Assembly (NCBI GenBank): GCA_963760795.1
Contig: CAVXEP010000017.1
Span: forward strand, 80,805 to 144,804
Reading direction: 5' to 3'
Origin: an uncultured delta proteobacterium
GTDB taxonomy: Bacteria > Desulfobacterota > Binatia > UBA9968
Length of the DNA: 64,000 nucleotides
Both the position numbers and the translations under genes were made by a program. Shown here piece by piece: positions 50,078-60,786 of the stretch (its first letter is position 1; every line of letters begins with the position of its first letter). The notes beneath the pieces are model-generated. The model had not been told where the DNA came from. It made no database searches and saw only the letters and a program-made list of their open reading frames with translations.

Positions 50078-51124
50078 TCAGTCATCAAAATATCTCGACA
50101 ACCGCGCAGCGAAGGTTTCGCCGTCGTCATCGCGAACAACAAAGCGTGGCAGTTGATGAACATCCACGCCGCGGCGAACTATTCCGGGGAACGCGGCGCA
50201 AGCGCATTCGAATCCGGTTTCGCGCACGATCATGATTGTCTCTTGGGTGTAGTCTGCCTTGAGCCCATGCGGATAGGCGAAGTTCGTGACCGGCTGGCCA
50301 AGAATATCTTCCAAATGGGCTTTGCTTTGCTGAATTTCGGCCCGCTGTTTTGCTAGGGACAGCCTTGATAGCACCGGATGCGTCATCGTATGCGCTCCCA
50401 TGTCTACGAGTCCGCCCTCTGCCAAACGAACCAGCTCAGCCGCCGAGAGCACGCGGTGCGTAGGGCGAACGCCGATATCCAAACAAGCCCATGCTGCCAA
50501 ATCCTGTAAAACTTTCTGGCGCTCGTCTTCGTTAAGGGTCTTTAGCAATTGATGGACTGAACGAAAGATCGTGTGTCGCCGTGTCGGATCGTCCTTCTGA
50601 CCGTAGTTCCAGAGACGATTGCGAGAGTCATCGTCCGGACCGTACTCAGCCGCCGATCCCAATCGCCATTCATGGGAGACTCGATGAATGACCAACCGGA
50701 GGATCTGGGGTAAAGATCGGGTTCGCAGTAAGATCCTATCCAGCGTGTCCCACCAGAACTCGAGCGCATCTGGCCGGGGACTTCGTGCTACGAACATGGT
50801 TGCCGGCGTGTCATACTGTTCGAGCAAAGGCTTGGCATGAATGAGATTATCGAAATATCCATCGTCGAAGGTAATGATGATTGCACGCCGGGGAACTTTG
50901 TCGTCGCGCAAACCGTTAACAAGCTGTCGAAGGCCGATCGGCCGGTACTGTTTTCGCAGTACCTCCAGGTGCTCTGCAAAATGCTGTGGTGACACAGTCA
51001 GTAAATACGGATCCGACGGCAATTCGATAACGCGGTGATAAAGTAAAATAACAGCGCCCGGCGTAAACCTGCCGTAATACCCACGAACCAGCGCCCGCAA
51101 TTTCTCAGCCGAATTCGATATCAT
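50078..51124 (-). CDS. Polysaccharide deacetylase (CE4)
   Basis: ILLYHRV, ITFDDGYFDN, FWWD, GAHTMTHP, FAYPHG, LPR. Confidence 0.92.
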   Translation of the reverse strand: MISNSAEKLRALVRGYYGRFTPGAVILLYHRVIELPSDPYLLTVSPQHFAEHLEVLRKQYRPIGLRQLVNGLRDDKVPRRAIIITFDDGYFDNLIHAKPLLEQYDTPATMFVARSPRPDALEFWWDTLDRILLRTRSLPQILRLVIHRVSHEWRLGSAAEYGPDDDSRNRLWNYGQKDDPTRRHTIFRSVHQLLKTLNEDERQKVLQDLAAWACLDIGVRPTHRVLSAAELVRLAEGGLVDMGAHTMTHPVLSRLSLAKQRAEIQQSKAHLEDILGQPVTNFAYPHGLKADYTQETIMIVRETGFECACAAFPGIVRRGVDVHQLPRFVVRDDDGETFAARLSRYFDD

Positions 51125-52761
51125 CCGATTATCGCGGGTTTGACCGCCCGCGCCGTGATAAGCACTTCGTAATCCGGATCTTGGGTGTCCAGTTCCTCCT
51201 GGCGCAGTTCCTCGCGCGCCAAACCATGCAAGAAAGCGATGGCGGCCAGAACGTTACCGTGGGCTTGTACCTTCACGTTTGCCGGCGGAAAAACGCATTC
51301 ACAAAGCCTCCGTACTGATAAGCTCGTGAAACGCCAATAATCACCCCAGCGCTCCATGTCTTGACGGGAAATCTGATGACTAACCCCGGCCACGGTCATG
51401 AGCAGAACACCGCCAGGTTTTAAAACGCGATGAAGGGTCAGGATTGCTTTTTGGATCTCGAAGATGAACATCAGGGTTTGTGTGCAAATGATGCAATCAA
51501 AATCTTCGGATGGAATATTCTCTCCCCGGGTCAGATCAGCGATAAGGGTGGCGCGCGGATTACCTTCGACTGGATGAAGGATCTCGCTTCGAGTGACCCG
51601 TGATCCACCGTATTTGCATGTGTACGTATTATCTCCTATCTCGAGCACACGGCCTTGAATGTCCGCGGCATGCGCCGCGAGAAATCGTTCTATGTAGTAG
51701 CGATCCACGGGTAATCCGCGGTCGAAACCCCAGACTCTGCTGATGGGCGTTAGCCGGCGCATCATCCCAAGCTGCACCTGTCCGACTGGCGGGTAATCAG
51801 CCGACCCGTGCCGCCACTTCCACAACCACTGCCGAACGGTGGTAGGAACGAATCGACGCGCCACGTTTTTTGTCAGCGCCTTGATTTGGCTCGTCGAGTT
51901 CGGAGATTTGCCCAACCCAAGGCGCCATTCTCGAGATTTACAAAGCTCGTTCTCGAGGGTAAAGTCTAGCTCTGTGTGGCTAATTTGCCTCTGAGACAAG
52001 TAACGCTGCAACCAGCGTAGGAAATCATACCGTGCATGCTCGTATTGCGCGGTCTCGACCGCAACCGCGCAGCAAGAGTCAGGGTGTTTTCGCCATTTGT
52101 AGTGGCAATCGGCCGCCACGAACACCGGTGCCGTGAGATAGATCTTAGCTGCGAAAGCCTGGTCTTCGAACATCCCGCGAAAATCCTCTTCGAATCCTCC
52201 GACAGCATCGACGATCTTGCTGCGCAGTAAACTGCTGGTTGCCGAGACCGTTGCCTGTCGCAACAAGGAAATCAATAGTTGTGGTGGCTGCACTAACGAA
52301 TCGGATTGCAGCTCAGGAGGAAAGATAGCGACAAAGTCGCGAGCGAAATCTTCAGACTCGTCCGTCCAGCTGTACCACCACTGAATTGGCCCGACGACCA
52401 TCCCCGCCTCCGGGTAACGATTAAGAATATCGACTTGGTATTGCAGTTTATTTGGCAGCCAAACGTCATCGGCGTCGAGTAACGCAATGTACTCACCTCG
52501 GGCATGGCGAATGCCTAGATTGCGGGAAGCGCTCATCCCACGATTCTGATGCCCTGCATGTTCAAGGTAATGAACTTTTTCAGGATGCTGCTCAGTATAG
52601 CGCCGCCCAATGACGCTGCTGGCATCGCTGGATCCGTCGTCGACCAGCAAGAGTTCCCAGTCGTCATAGTTCTGGCCAAAAACACTTTCGATCGCTTCCA
52701 CAATGAACCGTTCCGCGTTCAAGAAAATAATAATAACGGAGATCAACGGCTGCCTATTCAT
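51121..52761 (-). CDS. GT2 glycosyltransferase fused to a C-terminal methyltransferase-like domain
   Basis: VDDGSSD, SASRNLG, LDADD, FEDQ; C-terminal GFDRGLPVDRYYIE, GRVLEIG, FDCIICTQTL, LKPGGVLL. Confidence 0.9.
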   Translation of the reverse strand: MNRQPLISVIIIFLNAERFIVEAIESVFGQNYDDWELLLVDDGSSDASSVIGRRYTEQHPEKVHYLEHAGHQNRGMSASRNLGIRHARGEYIALLDADDVWLPNKLQYQVDILNRYPEAGMVVGPIQWWYSWTDESEDFARDFVAIFPPELQSDSLVQPPQLLISLLRQATVSATSSLLRSKIVDAVGGFEEDFRGMFEDQAFAAKIYLTAPVFVAADCHYKWRKHPDSCCAVAVETAQYEHARYDFLRWLQRYLSQRQISHTELDFTLENELCKSREWRLGLGKSPNSTSQIKALTKNVARRFVPTTVRQWLWKWRHGSADYPPVGQVQLGMMRRLTPISRVWGFDRGLPVDRYYIERFLAAHAADIQGRVLEIGDNTYTCKYGGSRVTRSEILHPVEGNPRATLIADLTRGENIPSEDFDCIICTQTLMFIFEIQKAILTLHRVLKPGGVLLMTVAGVSHQISRQDMERWGDYWRFTSLSVRRLCECVFPPANVKVQAHGNVLAAIAFLHGLAREELRQEELDTQDPDYEVLITARAVKPAIIG

Positions 52762-52859
52762 TTGAACTCACCGCCACGAAATGGGTCAATTTGATACGCC
52801 TTGTCGGAATTTCGATCAGCGCAGGGATGAGACGAGAGAGTTAACTCTCGACCGTTGCC

Positions 52860-53861
52860 CTATATCTTATGATTACCTTGAAAACCGTTCAACCGAGACC
52901 GCAACCAGCGGTAAGCCGGGGGCGGCAGCGTGCGCCGGGCAATTCGTCTCGCCATTCCCTTCACCTCCCCCGGCCACCCCTCAACATGCCTAACAATCCG
53001 GTACACGATCGGATGACGGTAAGGAAAAACCGCTTTCTGAAGAACGGTCCAAACTTCGGTATTCTTCGGCCCCCGCCCGGACAGATAGTTCTCAATCCAA
53101 CTTAAAAATCTTAAGCTAGCCTCGGCGGAATAATACTCTCCCGTTCTCCTCCAAATCGAACACGCGGAATCCCGGTGTTGCCGGTGCCGGTCCCAACACT
53201 CACCCGAAACAAATACAGGAACTTTGAGACAAACTTTGGCGAAAAAAACTTGATCTTCGTAAATGCCCGGAAAACTATTCTCAAATCCACCGAGTTCTTC
53301 GACAATTGTGCGCCGCAACAGAACATCTGACGGAGCCGGCGTGATAGCCTTTCTTGCCAAGAAGAGAGTTAACAACCTTGGTGGGCTTACGACCGTGTTG
53401 GGCGGGACGCCGATATCTTGCAAACAGTCTCGCTGGATATCTTCGAGCTTGTCCGTCCAACCGTGCCAGAGTTGAGGAGATCCATAGACCATTCCTGCTT
53501 CAGGATGGGCGTCGAGAATCTCTACTTGCCGTTCCAGTTTATTTGGCAGCCAAACATCGTCCGCATCCAGAAAGCCAATGTACTCACCCCGCGCGTGTCG
53601 AATGCCTAGATTGCGCGACGCGCTCATGCCCCGATTGTCGTGCCCCCCATGCTCCAGATAACGCACCCGTTCGGCGCGCTGTTTCGCAAATTGCAAAGTA
53701 ATTCCCGTGCTGTTATCGGTTGAGCCATCGTCCACAAGCAAAAGCTCCCAGTTCTTATAGGTCTGGCCAAAGACACTTTCGATCGCCTCGCTAATGAAAC
53801 TCTCCGCGTTGAAGAAAATAATAATGACCGAAACCAACGGCTCATCATCCATGTCATTCAC
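52860..53861 (-). CDS. Glycosyltransferase family 2
   Basis: VDDGSTD, GMSASRNLG, FLDADD, YEDQ. Confidence 0.92.
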   Translation of the reverse strand: MNDMDDEPLVSVIIIFFNAESFISEAIESVFGQTYKNWELLLVDDGSTDNSTGITLQFAKQRAERVRYLEHGGHDNRGMSASRNLGIRHARGEYIGFLDADDVWLPNKLERQVEILDAHPEAGMVYGSPQLWHGWTDKLEDIQRDCLQDIGVPPNTVVSPPRLLTLFLARKAITPAPSDVLLRRTIVEELGGFENSFPGIYEDQVFFAKVCLKVPVFVSGECWDRHRQHRDSACSIWRRTGEYYSAEASLRFLSWIENYLSGRGPKNTEVWTVLQKAVFPYRHPIVYRIVRHVEGWPGEVKGMARRIARRTLPPPAYRWLRSRLNGFQGNHKI

Positions 53862-53918
53862 GGTTACCCAAACCTAAGAGCTATCGCGAAGGTATCTTAA
53901 AACTTGAAACAAGCCGAG

Positions 53919-54836
53919 TCAGTTCTTGGCTCTAAAGACGAAACGGCGCAGCACTTGCAAAACGTAAGTCGCAAGACCGCGCGGATGATATCGCAAAAGT
54001 ACTACGATGCCTGCCAGTGCCGATTTAAATGCGCCAGATGCCACATGCGCCTGCACCTCGTTGAGTAAGTGCCTGCCAAAATAATCCTGCGCGGCTCTTT
54101 TGCCAATCTTCGATGCCGCCTCATACCTCTCGTTTCCCTTAACGTATTTCAATTGGTAATGATGAGCAGCCAAGGCGGTTTTCAACATCAGAGCGGACTT
54201 CCCGGACATGCTCGCGCCGTGCTGCCGATATTCAAGAATTACGTTACCATGGCAATACACCGGGTAGTCTAGACTAATACGGATGTTCAGATCGCAATCA
54301 GCGCAACCGTCTATGCGGGTATCGAAACCGTCAACCGAGTCAAAAATTATACGCCGATACATCACAACCCCCGGTGTCCATATAAAGTCACTTTGTAACA
54401 GCTGGAGACAATGATCTTTCTCTACGCAAACTTGCTTTGGCGTCGGAGAAGGCGAACCGTCGGATGCAATGAATTGAAGGTGGCCGTAGACGAATGCGCA
54501 TTCCGGATGAGCGTCCAGGCATTCCAGACCGATTTCGAGAGCGCGGGGCAGCAGGCGGTCATCGGCATCCAAGAACACCAGATAATTGCCCTTGCTCGCG
54601 CCGAGGCCGGCGTTACGGGACGCAGATACTCCTTGATTTGTCTGTCGGATGCAACGAACCTCCCGATAACGAGTAGCAACTTCGAAGGTGGCATCTGTCG
54701 ATCCATCGTCCACTACAACTATCTCAAAGGCCGAATAACTCTGATTTAAAACGCTGCCAATCGCCTCGCTCAGAAATTTTGCCTGATTATGGCAAGGTAT
54801 AATGACCGATACGAGAGATGGCTGGGATTCGAGCAT
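53919..54836 (-). CDS. Glycosyltransferase family 2
   Basis: VSVIIPCHN, VDDGSTD, NQGVSASRNAG, FLDADD, YRQH. Confidence 0.92.
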   Translation of the reverse strand: MLESQPSLVSVIIPCHNQAKFLSEAIGSVLNQSYSAFEIVVVDDGSTDATFEVATRYREVRCIRQTNQGVSASRNAGLGASKGNYLVFLDADDRLLPRALEIGLECLDAHPECAFVYGHLQFIASDGSPSPTPKQVCVEKDHCLQLLQSDFIWTPGVVMYRRIIFDSVDGFDTRIDGCADCDLNIRISLDYPVYCHGNVILEYRQHGASMSGKSALMLKTALAAHHYQLKYVKGNERYEAASKIGKRAAQDYFGRHLLNEVQAHVASGAFKSALAGIVVLLRYHPRGLATYVLQVLRRFVFRAKN

Positions 54837-54884
54837 TTGCGCTAGCTATAACCGTGCTCAGCGTCTAGCAATCCTGTGATCTCT

Positions 54885-55928
54885 CTAGCGGCGATTAACA
54901 GGATGGTCGTTTGGGTCTCTACGCCAAAGGGACTGGAGCCAAACCTGTAGATATGCGGGCAGTGTCTGTCGCGCTAGGGATTTTAGTCCTTCTTTCGGCT
55001 GCGTTGTCCAACCGCGAACTTGTGCCAGCAGAGAGTAGAGCTTCGGGTGCCTATAGCGCCAGCACTTTTTCCGCAGAGCCTGCCAGACGCCGATATCCGT
55101 GATGCCCTTTGCGGACAAGTACCCTTCCAACCAACGAATGAAAAATATCCCAGCATTGTATTTTTGCCCCGTTGCATTTGCTACGGAAACGCATGAATCG
55201 GGATGCTGCCGATATCGATCCCAACACTCGCCGGATACGAATACAGGAGTTTGAAGGTATACTTTGGACAAAAAAGCTTGATCCTCAAACAACTGGTATG
55301 GACCTAGGAAACTTTCTTCAAATCCTCCGACATTTTGTACTGTCTCGCGGCTTAGCAGTATGTCGGAAGGACACGGAGTAGGGGCCTTCGATTCCAAAAG
55401 CAAAGTAAGCAACGTGGGTGGCTTCACGAGAGAATTAGGTTGAATGCCAAGCTTCAGCACGTAATCACGTTCCGCAATTTCTGCACTGCCCATCCAACTA
55501 TACCAATACTGACTCCCACCATAAACCATTCCGGCTTCCGGGTGGGCATTGAGAATTGCCACCTGTCTTTCTAGCTTGTGCGGCAGCCAAACATCGTCCG
55601 AATCTAGGAAGGCAATATGCTTGCCTTTGGAATATCGAATGCCTAAATTGCGCGAAGCGCTCATGCCCCGATTCTCGTGTCTGTCATGCTCAAGATAACC
55701 CACCTTGCCTGATTCATTCTCGCTATAGCTTCGTGCAATCTCGGTGCTGCCGTCGGTGGAACCATCGTCCACCAAGAGCAGTTCCCAGTTCGCAAAAGTC
55801 TGGCTCAGCACACTTTCGATCGCCTCCTCAAGGAACCTCTCCGCGTTCAAAAAGATAATAATGACCGATACCAACGGCTTGTCGCTTAGGGGTAGATTTG
55901 GTGAAGACACAGGCGGTACCGCACACAT
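54885..55928 (-). CDS. Glycosyltransferase family 2
   Basis: VDDGSTD, GMSASRNLG, FLDSDD, FEDQ, YRQHPDS. Confidence 0.92.
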   Translation of the reverse strand: MCAVPPVSSPNLPLSDKPLVSVIIIFLNAERFLEEAIESVLSQTFANWELLLVDDGSTDGSTEIARSYSENESGKVGYLEHDRHENRGMSASRNLGIRYSKGKHIAFLDSDDVWLPHKLERQVAILNAHPEAGMVYGGSQYWYSWMGSAEIAERDYVLKLGIQPNSLVKPPTLLTLLLESKAPTPCPSDILLSRETVQNVGGFEESFLGPYQLFEDQAFLSKVYLQTPVFVSGECWDRYRQHPDSCVSVANATGQKYNAGIFFIRWLEGYLSAKGITDIGVWQALRKKCWRYRHPKLYSLLAQVRGWTTQPKEGLKSLARQTLPAYLQVWLQSLWRRDPNDHPVNRR

Positions 55929-55934
55929 AAATCG

Positions 55935-57377
55935 CTATTTCTCACATAGGAGCAGGACGCGCGGCTGTGGGTGTGAAAGCAAAATAGATATACTGGGAAA
56001 CCATTTTTGAAGGCTGTGCATAAAGTGGTCGAGCGTATACCACGAGAACCTGTTCGATTCCCATTGCCCCAGCTCGGGATCTTCGACTGGAACAAACTCC
56101 ACGACCAACCATCTCTTCGAAAACAGCGCGAGACCTTGTCCAATCTGTTCAAAATTGAGGCAGCGTTTAAACACGATCTGATGCACCAATCCTAAAGCCA
56201 GGACCATGTCGCATTGGTAGCGCTCAGTAGCCGCGATCGCCCAGTGGCTGGATAAACCGCGAGATGGAGTAGGATCTGTGAAGTCCATCACCAAAGGAAT
56301 TATCGGCAGCTTTCTGCTCCGAGCCTCATAGTAAAGTTGCGTGACGCGGACTAAATTTGTATCAAATGAAACGACCCTACTGCCGAAAGCGGCGGCTTGT
56401 TTGCAATACCAGGCCATGTCGCTCCCGATCATCAATACCGAAGCAGGCCGAAGCTCATTGAAGAATTTGTGCAGACTGCGTTGCGGTTCCGTCCAGTCAT
56501 CTTGGAGCGAAGGCAGCGGAATCGTATTGCCCTCCTGAATTGCTTCTTCACTGTTAACAGAAGGCAAGCTGATCTTTTCTACCTCACTATTTAATTGCTC
56601 CAGAGACGTCAAATAAGATGCCTGACTGCGGGATTCTTTGAGAACCAAGGCCGGTCGGGTATGAACCAGCAGCTTTCGCCACGATTGAAACAATCGTTGA
56701 TTTAAAACCGATGCTGCGTAACCAATCGGTTTGAATATCGAACCAAAACCAAACGTCGAGCCCGTTAACTTTGATACATCTGCTTCTGATATACCGTCAA
56801 GCTCGGGTAAAAGACGCCGTGCAATGCGATCCTGTCCATGCGCCATCAGCATTAAAGGATAAAGGTAGAACCGGCAAAACTCATCATGTCCGCACCAGGC
56901 AGCGTTGTCGGTGATAGGCACGATGGAAGAAATATCTACATAGACAGGTTTCCATGAATCAAACAAAATGTTCCAAGGATGGGCGTCCTTTAGAGTAAAT
57001 CCGTGTTTTGCAAGTTCCTTAAGCAGCTCGATTTGGGTCAGAGCGGCAACCTTGAGCATTGCAGGACACCACTCTTCGGGATACGAGGCAAAAGGCACAT
57101 GTCGGTGCCGTACCACCATCTCATAGTCATCGATCTTCAATGACGTGGGCAAAGTTTCGATGAGAAGCCCTCCGTCAACCAGCCTTTGAATAATACCATC
57201 CCGGAAAAGTTGCCTAAAAATCGGCGCCGATTCAGAGCGAATCCCGCGATATAATTCTCCGCGCCACCAAAACAGCCGTCCTGCGCGATCGGCGAAGGAG
57301 TGAGAATGAAAAGTGACCTCATCATAGGGAATCTGCCCGAGGCGATTATGGTTCCCACGTGCCGGGATTGTATTCAT
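55935..57377 (-). CDS. NoeA-like protein: kinase-like N-terminal region plus methyltransferase-like C-terminal domain
   Basis: SFAD, PFASYPEEW, LKDAHPWNILF, VYVDISS; C-terminal PLVMDFTDPTP, DMVLALGLVH, LVVEFVPVED. Confidence 0.7.
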   Translation of the reverse strand: MNTIPARGNHNRLGQIPYDEVTFHSHSFADRAGRLFWWRGELYRGIRSESAPIFRQLFRDGIIQRLVDGGLLIETLPTSLKIDDYEMVVRHRHVPFASYPEEWCPAMLKVAALTQIELLKELAKHGFTLKDAHPWNILFDSWKPVYVDISSIVPITDNAAWCGHDEFCRFYLYPLMLMAHGQDRIARRLLPELDGISEADVSKLTGSTFGFGSIFKPIGYAASVLNQRLFQSWRKLLVHTRPALVLKESRSQASYLTSLEQLNSEVEKISLPSVNSEEAIQEGNTIPLPSLQDDWTEPQRSLHKFFNELRPASVLMIGSDMAWYCKQAAAFGSRVVSFDTNLVRVTQLYYEARSRKLPIIPLVMDFTDPTPSRGLSSHWAIAATERYQCDMVLALGLVHQIVFKRCLNFEQIGQGLALFSKRWLVVEFVPVEDPELGQWESNRFSWYTLDHFMHSLQKWFPSISILLSHPQPRVLLLCEK

Positions 57378-59377
57378 ATACCGCTGCGCCCCGTAACAGA
57401 CGCCGGGGAGTCTTCTCCGGGACGGCTAATTTCATAGAGACGATATGCTCCCAATTCTGCGATGACGGGATAACGAGTAAAAAACTCTTTGTTGATCGTG
57501 AATGAGCGATTATTGAATGGCAACGCAGAATCATCCACCGGTTCGATGACGACGTACTCAACCCGATAGTGTCTCATCAACGCATCGGCATCGGGCCCGC
57601 CAGCAAACATGCGTTTCACGTCGTCGGCGCTCGAGCTGTAGTCCAAACCATGAGAAAAAAGATGGTCCGTGTTGCCCACTACCGAGCGCCTGCCGGTCAA
57701 AAAGACGACGTCATTGTAATAGGGCGCGTGAAGAATGAGCGCGCGCGCGTGAGTATGTTTCACGATGCTGTCCGCGAACGCCATGGCATCTCGATTATAA
57801 AGTCTTTGTTTCGCCGCGTCGGAAATGCCGCGCCAAACATCTAGACTTCCCGCGGCAATGAGTGAGACGAAGAGCCCCATGGCTGCTAGGCGAGTCAAAC
57901 CATTTCCTCTCCACAGTCTTGCTAACGAGAGAGCAATCCATGGCACTGAAGCAAGATACCAAAACAACATCACTTTCAGTCCATCCCATCTCCAGGGGGA
58001 GAGCCTAACCAGATTTGGAACGATAAAACACAATGCGAAAGGGAGATAGAACAAGAGCAAAGCTCGCCGCGCGATAGGCGTGCGGCCACGCCATAAAATT
58101 GATATCAAGAGCGGGATAAAAATTCCGGTGTTCATGATCCAAAACCAAAAGAAATTATTCCCGGCCAAATATAATCCCCAGTGCCAGCCAAAAAAATTCC
58201 TCGCACGCATCGCGCTATCGTCGAGCAACAAGAAAACTTGCGGCGCGGCGACTAGCAGGGCGACGGTGAAAAAACCGATCCAGACACGCCACTGCCGAAA
58301 TAGCAGAGCCAGACACGCTCCTGTCCCCATGACGACGATGAAGGTATAAGTGTGAATGAGCGGTAACAAACCTGCGATTACGCCAGCGGCGATCATGCGC
58401 CGTCTTTGAAAAATTCTGAATCGCTGAAACGTGTCACCGGACGTATATTCTCCGTCGCCAATCGCTTTCCACCAAAGCGTCAAAACGATGACCGAAAGAG
58501 GAAGGCCCAGCAACAGGGTTCGCTGCATCGCCAGCATGTTGAGGATATCGCCGAAGCGATAGATGCCGTCCCACATTACCGTGTAGCCTCGCGGGAGATG
58601 CATGAGTAGTGCAAAGAAGTCTTCCTTACTTTGCCCGATGTCGCGCAAAGCCGACATCCATCCTAGCCCGCCGCTAAAGAGGATAAGAACGGGTGATATG
58701 ACGGCCCCAAAGGCGTCACGCGTGAGATTCAAGACCCAGTAGTGAAGCAAGCCCACAAGAGCGAGGACTAGCACAAAGTTTTCTAGAAACATCGAGTCCA
58801 ACAGACTCGCGCCTGCGCGTGCGAATATCGCCGCTATGAAGTCTGGGAGGAAGGGGTACGTAAGACGCGCACCGGCAAATTCCGGGTGTTCGGGAGGAAA
58901 GTTCGTTCCTTGAACAAATCCGGTTATGATCCCTATGTGAAGGGGCAGATCACCTCCGTTGTTTTCGATTGTGTAAATCTCACCCGCTCGCTTGAGCGTG
59001 ACCTGTTGAAAGAAAAACCACAGGAGAACCGCAAGAACAGAATAGAAACCCAAATAACTGATGACGCGGTTATTGATAGCTCCCGGTCTCGTCAGTGCTA
59101 TCGTCTCAGTCTTTTTGCGCGACCGCGCTCTGTACCTTTGTAGCCTGAATATGACGACTGGGACAAGGAGCGTGACTGTGGTGAGATATAGACAGAGCGG
59201 GCCGAGACCGAGAACCGAGGCAAAAATGAACCCGATCAACCCGAGTTCCGCAAAACCTATGCAAGCGCCCGCACAAACTCGCACGGGCCATGGCGTGTCT
59301 TCATCATAGAAATAGGTAATCTGTGTACCGGCCAAGATCGCGGCAAGGGCGATCATGAGCGCATTATATGAATCCAT
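57374..59377 (-). CDS. Polytopic membrane protein, probable GT-C-fold transferase
   Basis: Many TM helices; loop GDLPLH...NFPPEHPEFAGARLTYPF; C-terminal soluble domain LTGRRSVVG...HGLDY...YRVEYVVI. Confidence 0.65.
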   Translation of the reverse strand: MDSYNALMIALAAILAGTQITYFYDEDTPWPVRVCAGACIGFAELGLIGFIFASVLGLGPLCLYLTTVTLLVPVVIFRLQRYRARSRKKTETIALTRPGAINNRVISYLGFYSVLAVLLWFFFQQVTLKRAGEIYTIENNGGDLPLHIGIITGFVQGTNFPPEHPEFAGARLTYPFLPDFIAAIFARAGASLLDSMFLENFVLVLALVGLLHYWVLNLTRDAFGAVISPVLILFSGGLGWMSALRDIGQSKEDFFALLMHLPRGYTVMWDGIYRFGDILNMLAMQRTLLLGLPLSVIVLTLWWKAIGDGEYTSGDTFQRFRIFQRRRMIAAGVIAGLLPLIHTYTFIVVMGTGACLALLFRQWRVWIGFFTVALLVAAPQVFLLLDDSAMRARNFFGWHWGLYLAGNNFFWFWIMNTGIFIPLLISILWRGRTPIARRALLLFYLPFALCFIVPNLVRLSPWRWDGLKVMLFWYLASVPWIALSLARLWRGNGLTRLAAMGLFVSLIAAGSLDVWRGISDAAKQRLYNRDAMAFADSIVKHTHARALILHAPYYNDVVFLTGRRSVVGNTDHLFSHGLDYSSSADDVKRMFAGGPDADALMRHYRVEYVVIEPVDDSALPFNNRSFTINKEFFTRYPVIAELGAYRLYEISRPGEDSPASVTGRSGI

Positions 59378-59378
59378 C

Positions 59379-60786
59379 TCAATGCAGCGTGAGGAAATCG
59401 CGCAGTTGCTGCCCGACCGTGTTATGAGAGAAGCTGGTCTCCGCTCGGTGCCTGGCACGGCGACCGAGCTCGCGACTCCAGGCCCCGTCCTCTAGAACGC
59501 GACCGAGAGCATGAGCCAGAGCCGCGGAGTCTTCCTGCGGGACAACCAATCCGCCCGAAAGCTCACCTCCCATTAGGATATCGGGAATTCCTTGGGCCTC
59601 AGTAGCGACAACCGGGAGGCCACATGCCATGGCCTCGATCACCGCTACCGGAAAGCCCTCGTGGCGGGACGGGAAAATATAGACGTCGCCCGCCGAAAGG
59701 TAGCGCCGAATTACATTGCGATCATTTATGAATTCATCCAACCAAACAACGCCGCTTACCTGCAATTCGGTGATGCGCCGGTGAAGTCTGTCCGAATCGT
59801 TACCAGTTCCTACGATCAGCAACCGCAGGTCTCGGTCTCATCCCTTGACGGCAAATCTGATCCCATGCTTCCAATAAGATGTCCAGCCCCTTCTGCCAGA
59901 TGGAGACGCGTCCATGCCACACAGCCACTCGAGCGTCAATGGGAATTCCGAGTGCAGCCCGCGCTTCACCGCGGTCCATGGGTCGCCATATCTGTAAGTC
60001 TATCGGGTTGAAAATTTGCTTTAGCTTAGCTGGAGACAGACCGTACTCGGCCTGCACCCTTCGAGCCTCCCCTTGTGTCGCAATGATGAGCCCGGCGCAA
60101 GCGCGCAACGCATGGGGGCGTAAATAATGCTCGATCCTGCCTCTCTGATAGTCGCCTCCTTGAAAGGTTGCGAACACCGGCAATTTCAACCAGCGCCCCA
60201 GGAGAACACTGAGGTCGAAGCGGGGATATTCGTATTCTTGACACAGAATAGCGATGCATTGTTCATGTCGTATTTCGTGGGCAACCAGTCGCAGCGGCGT
60301 AGTTAAGTACGGCGCCACCTCTTTCAGTGCCGCCAAAACCGGAAGCAAAAAGATTTTTCTCGGCTGAATTTCGCCAAAAACCTGCTTAACACTGCGGCCG
60401 TATGGATTAGCCATTTTCGCTCGAATGCGGCGATAAGTCTTTGGAACTGGCAACAGACAAATCGTTGCCCCGGTGGGGACGTGGATAACGCGCGAGGGGA
60501 CAGTTACCCCGGCCGAAACACATATCAATACCGTTCGCAATCCGACCTGCCGCAGAGCCTCAGAGTAGCCGAACATCCAGCTTCCAGTGAACTCGTTGCA
60601 GAAAGTTTCCAAAGAAATTCCGATCATATCCAAAAAATCTTCCAACACGTTGCCCCACGGTAGGAGGGCAATGGCCGGACCTTGCGGTATGGTCCGGCAA
60701 GACTCGCGTGCGCCCGAAAAATCCTGCTGCAAGGTGGGCAATATAGTCCCCCGATCTAATCGGCTTCCACGACCTCGAATTGACAA
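59379..60786 (-). CDS. Glycosyltransferase family 4 (frameshift near 59840; start uncertain)
   Basis: WHGRVSIWQKGLDILLEAW, then in another frame DVYIFPSRHEGFPVAVIEAMACGLPVV. Confidence 0.88.
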
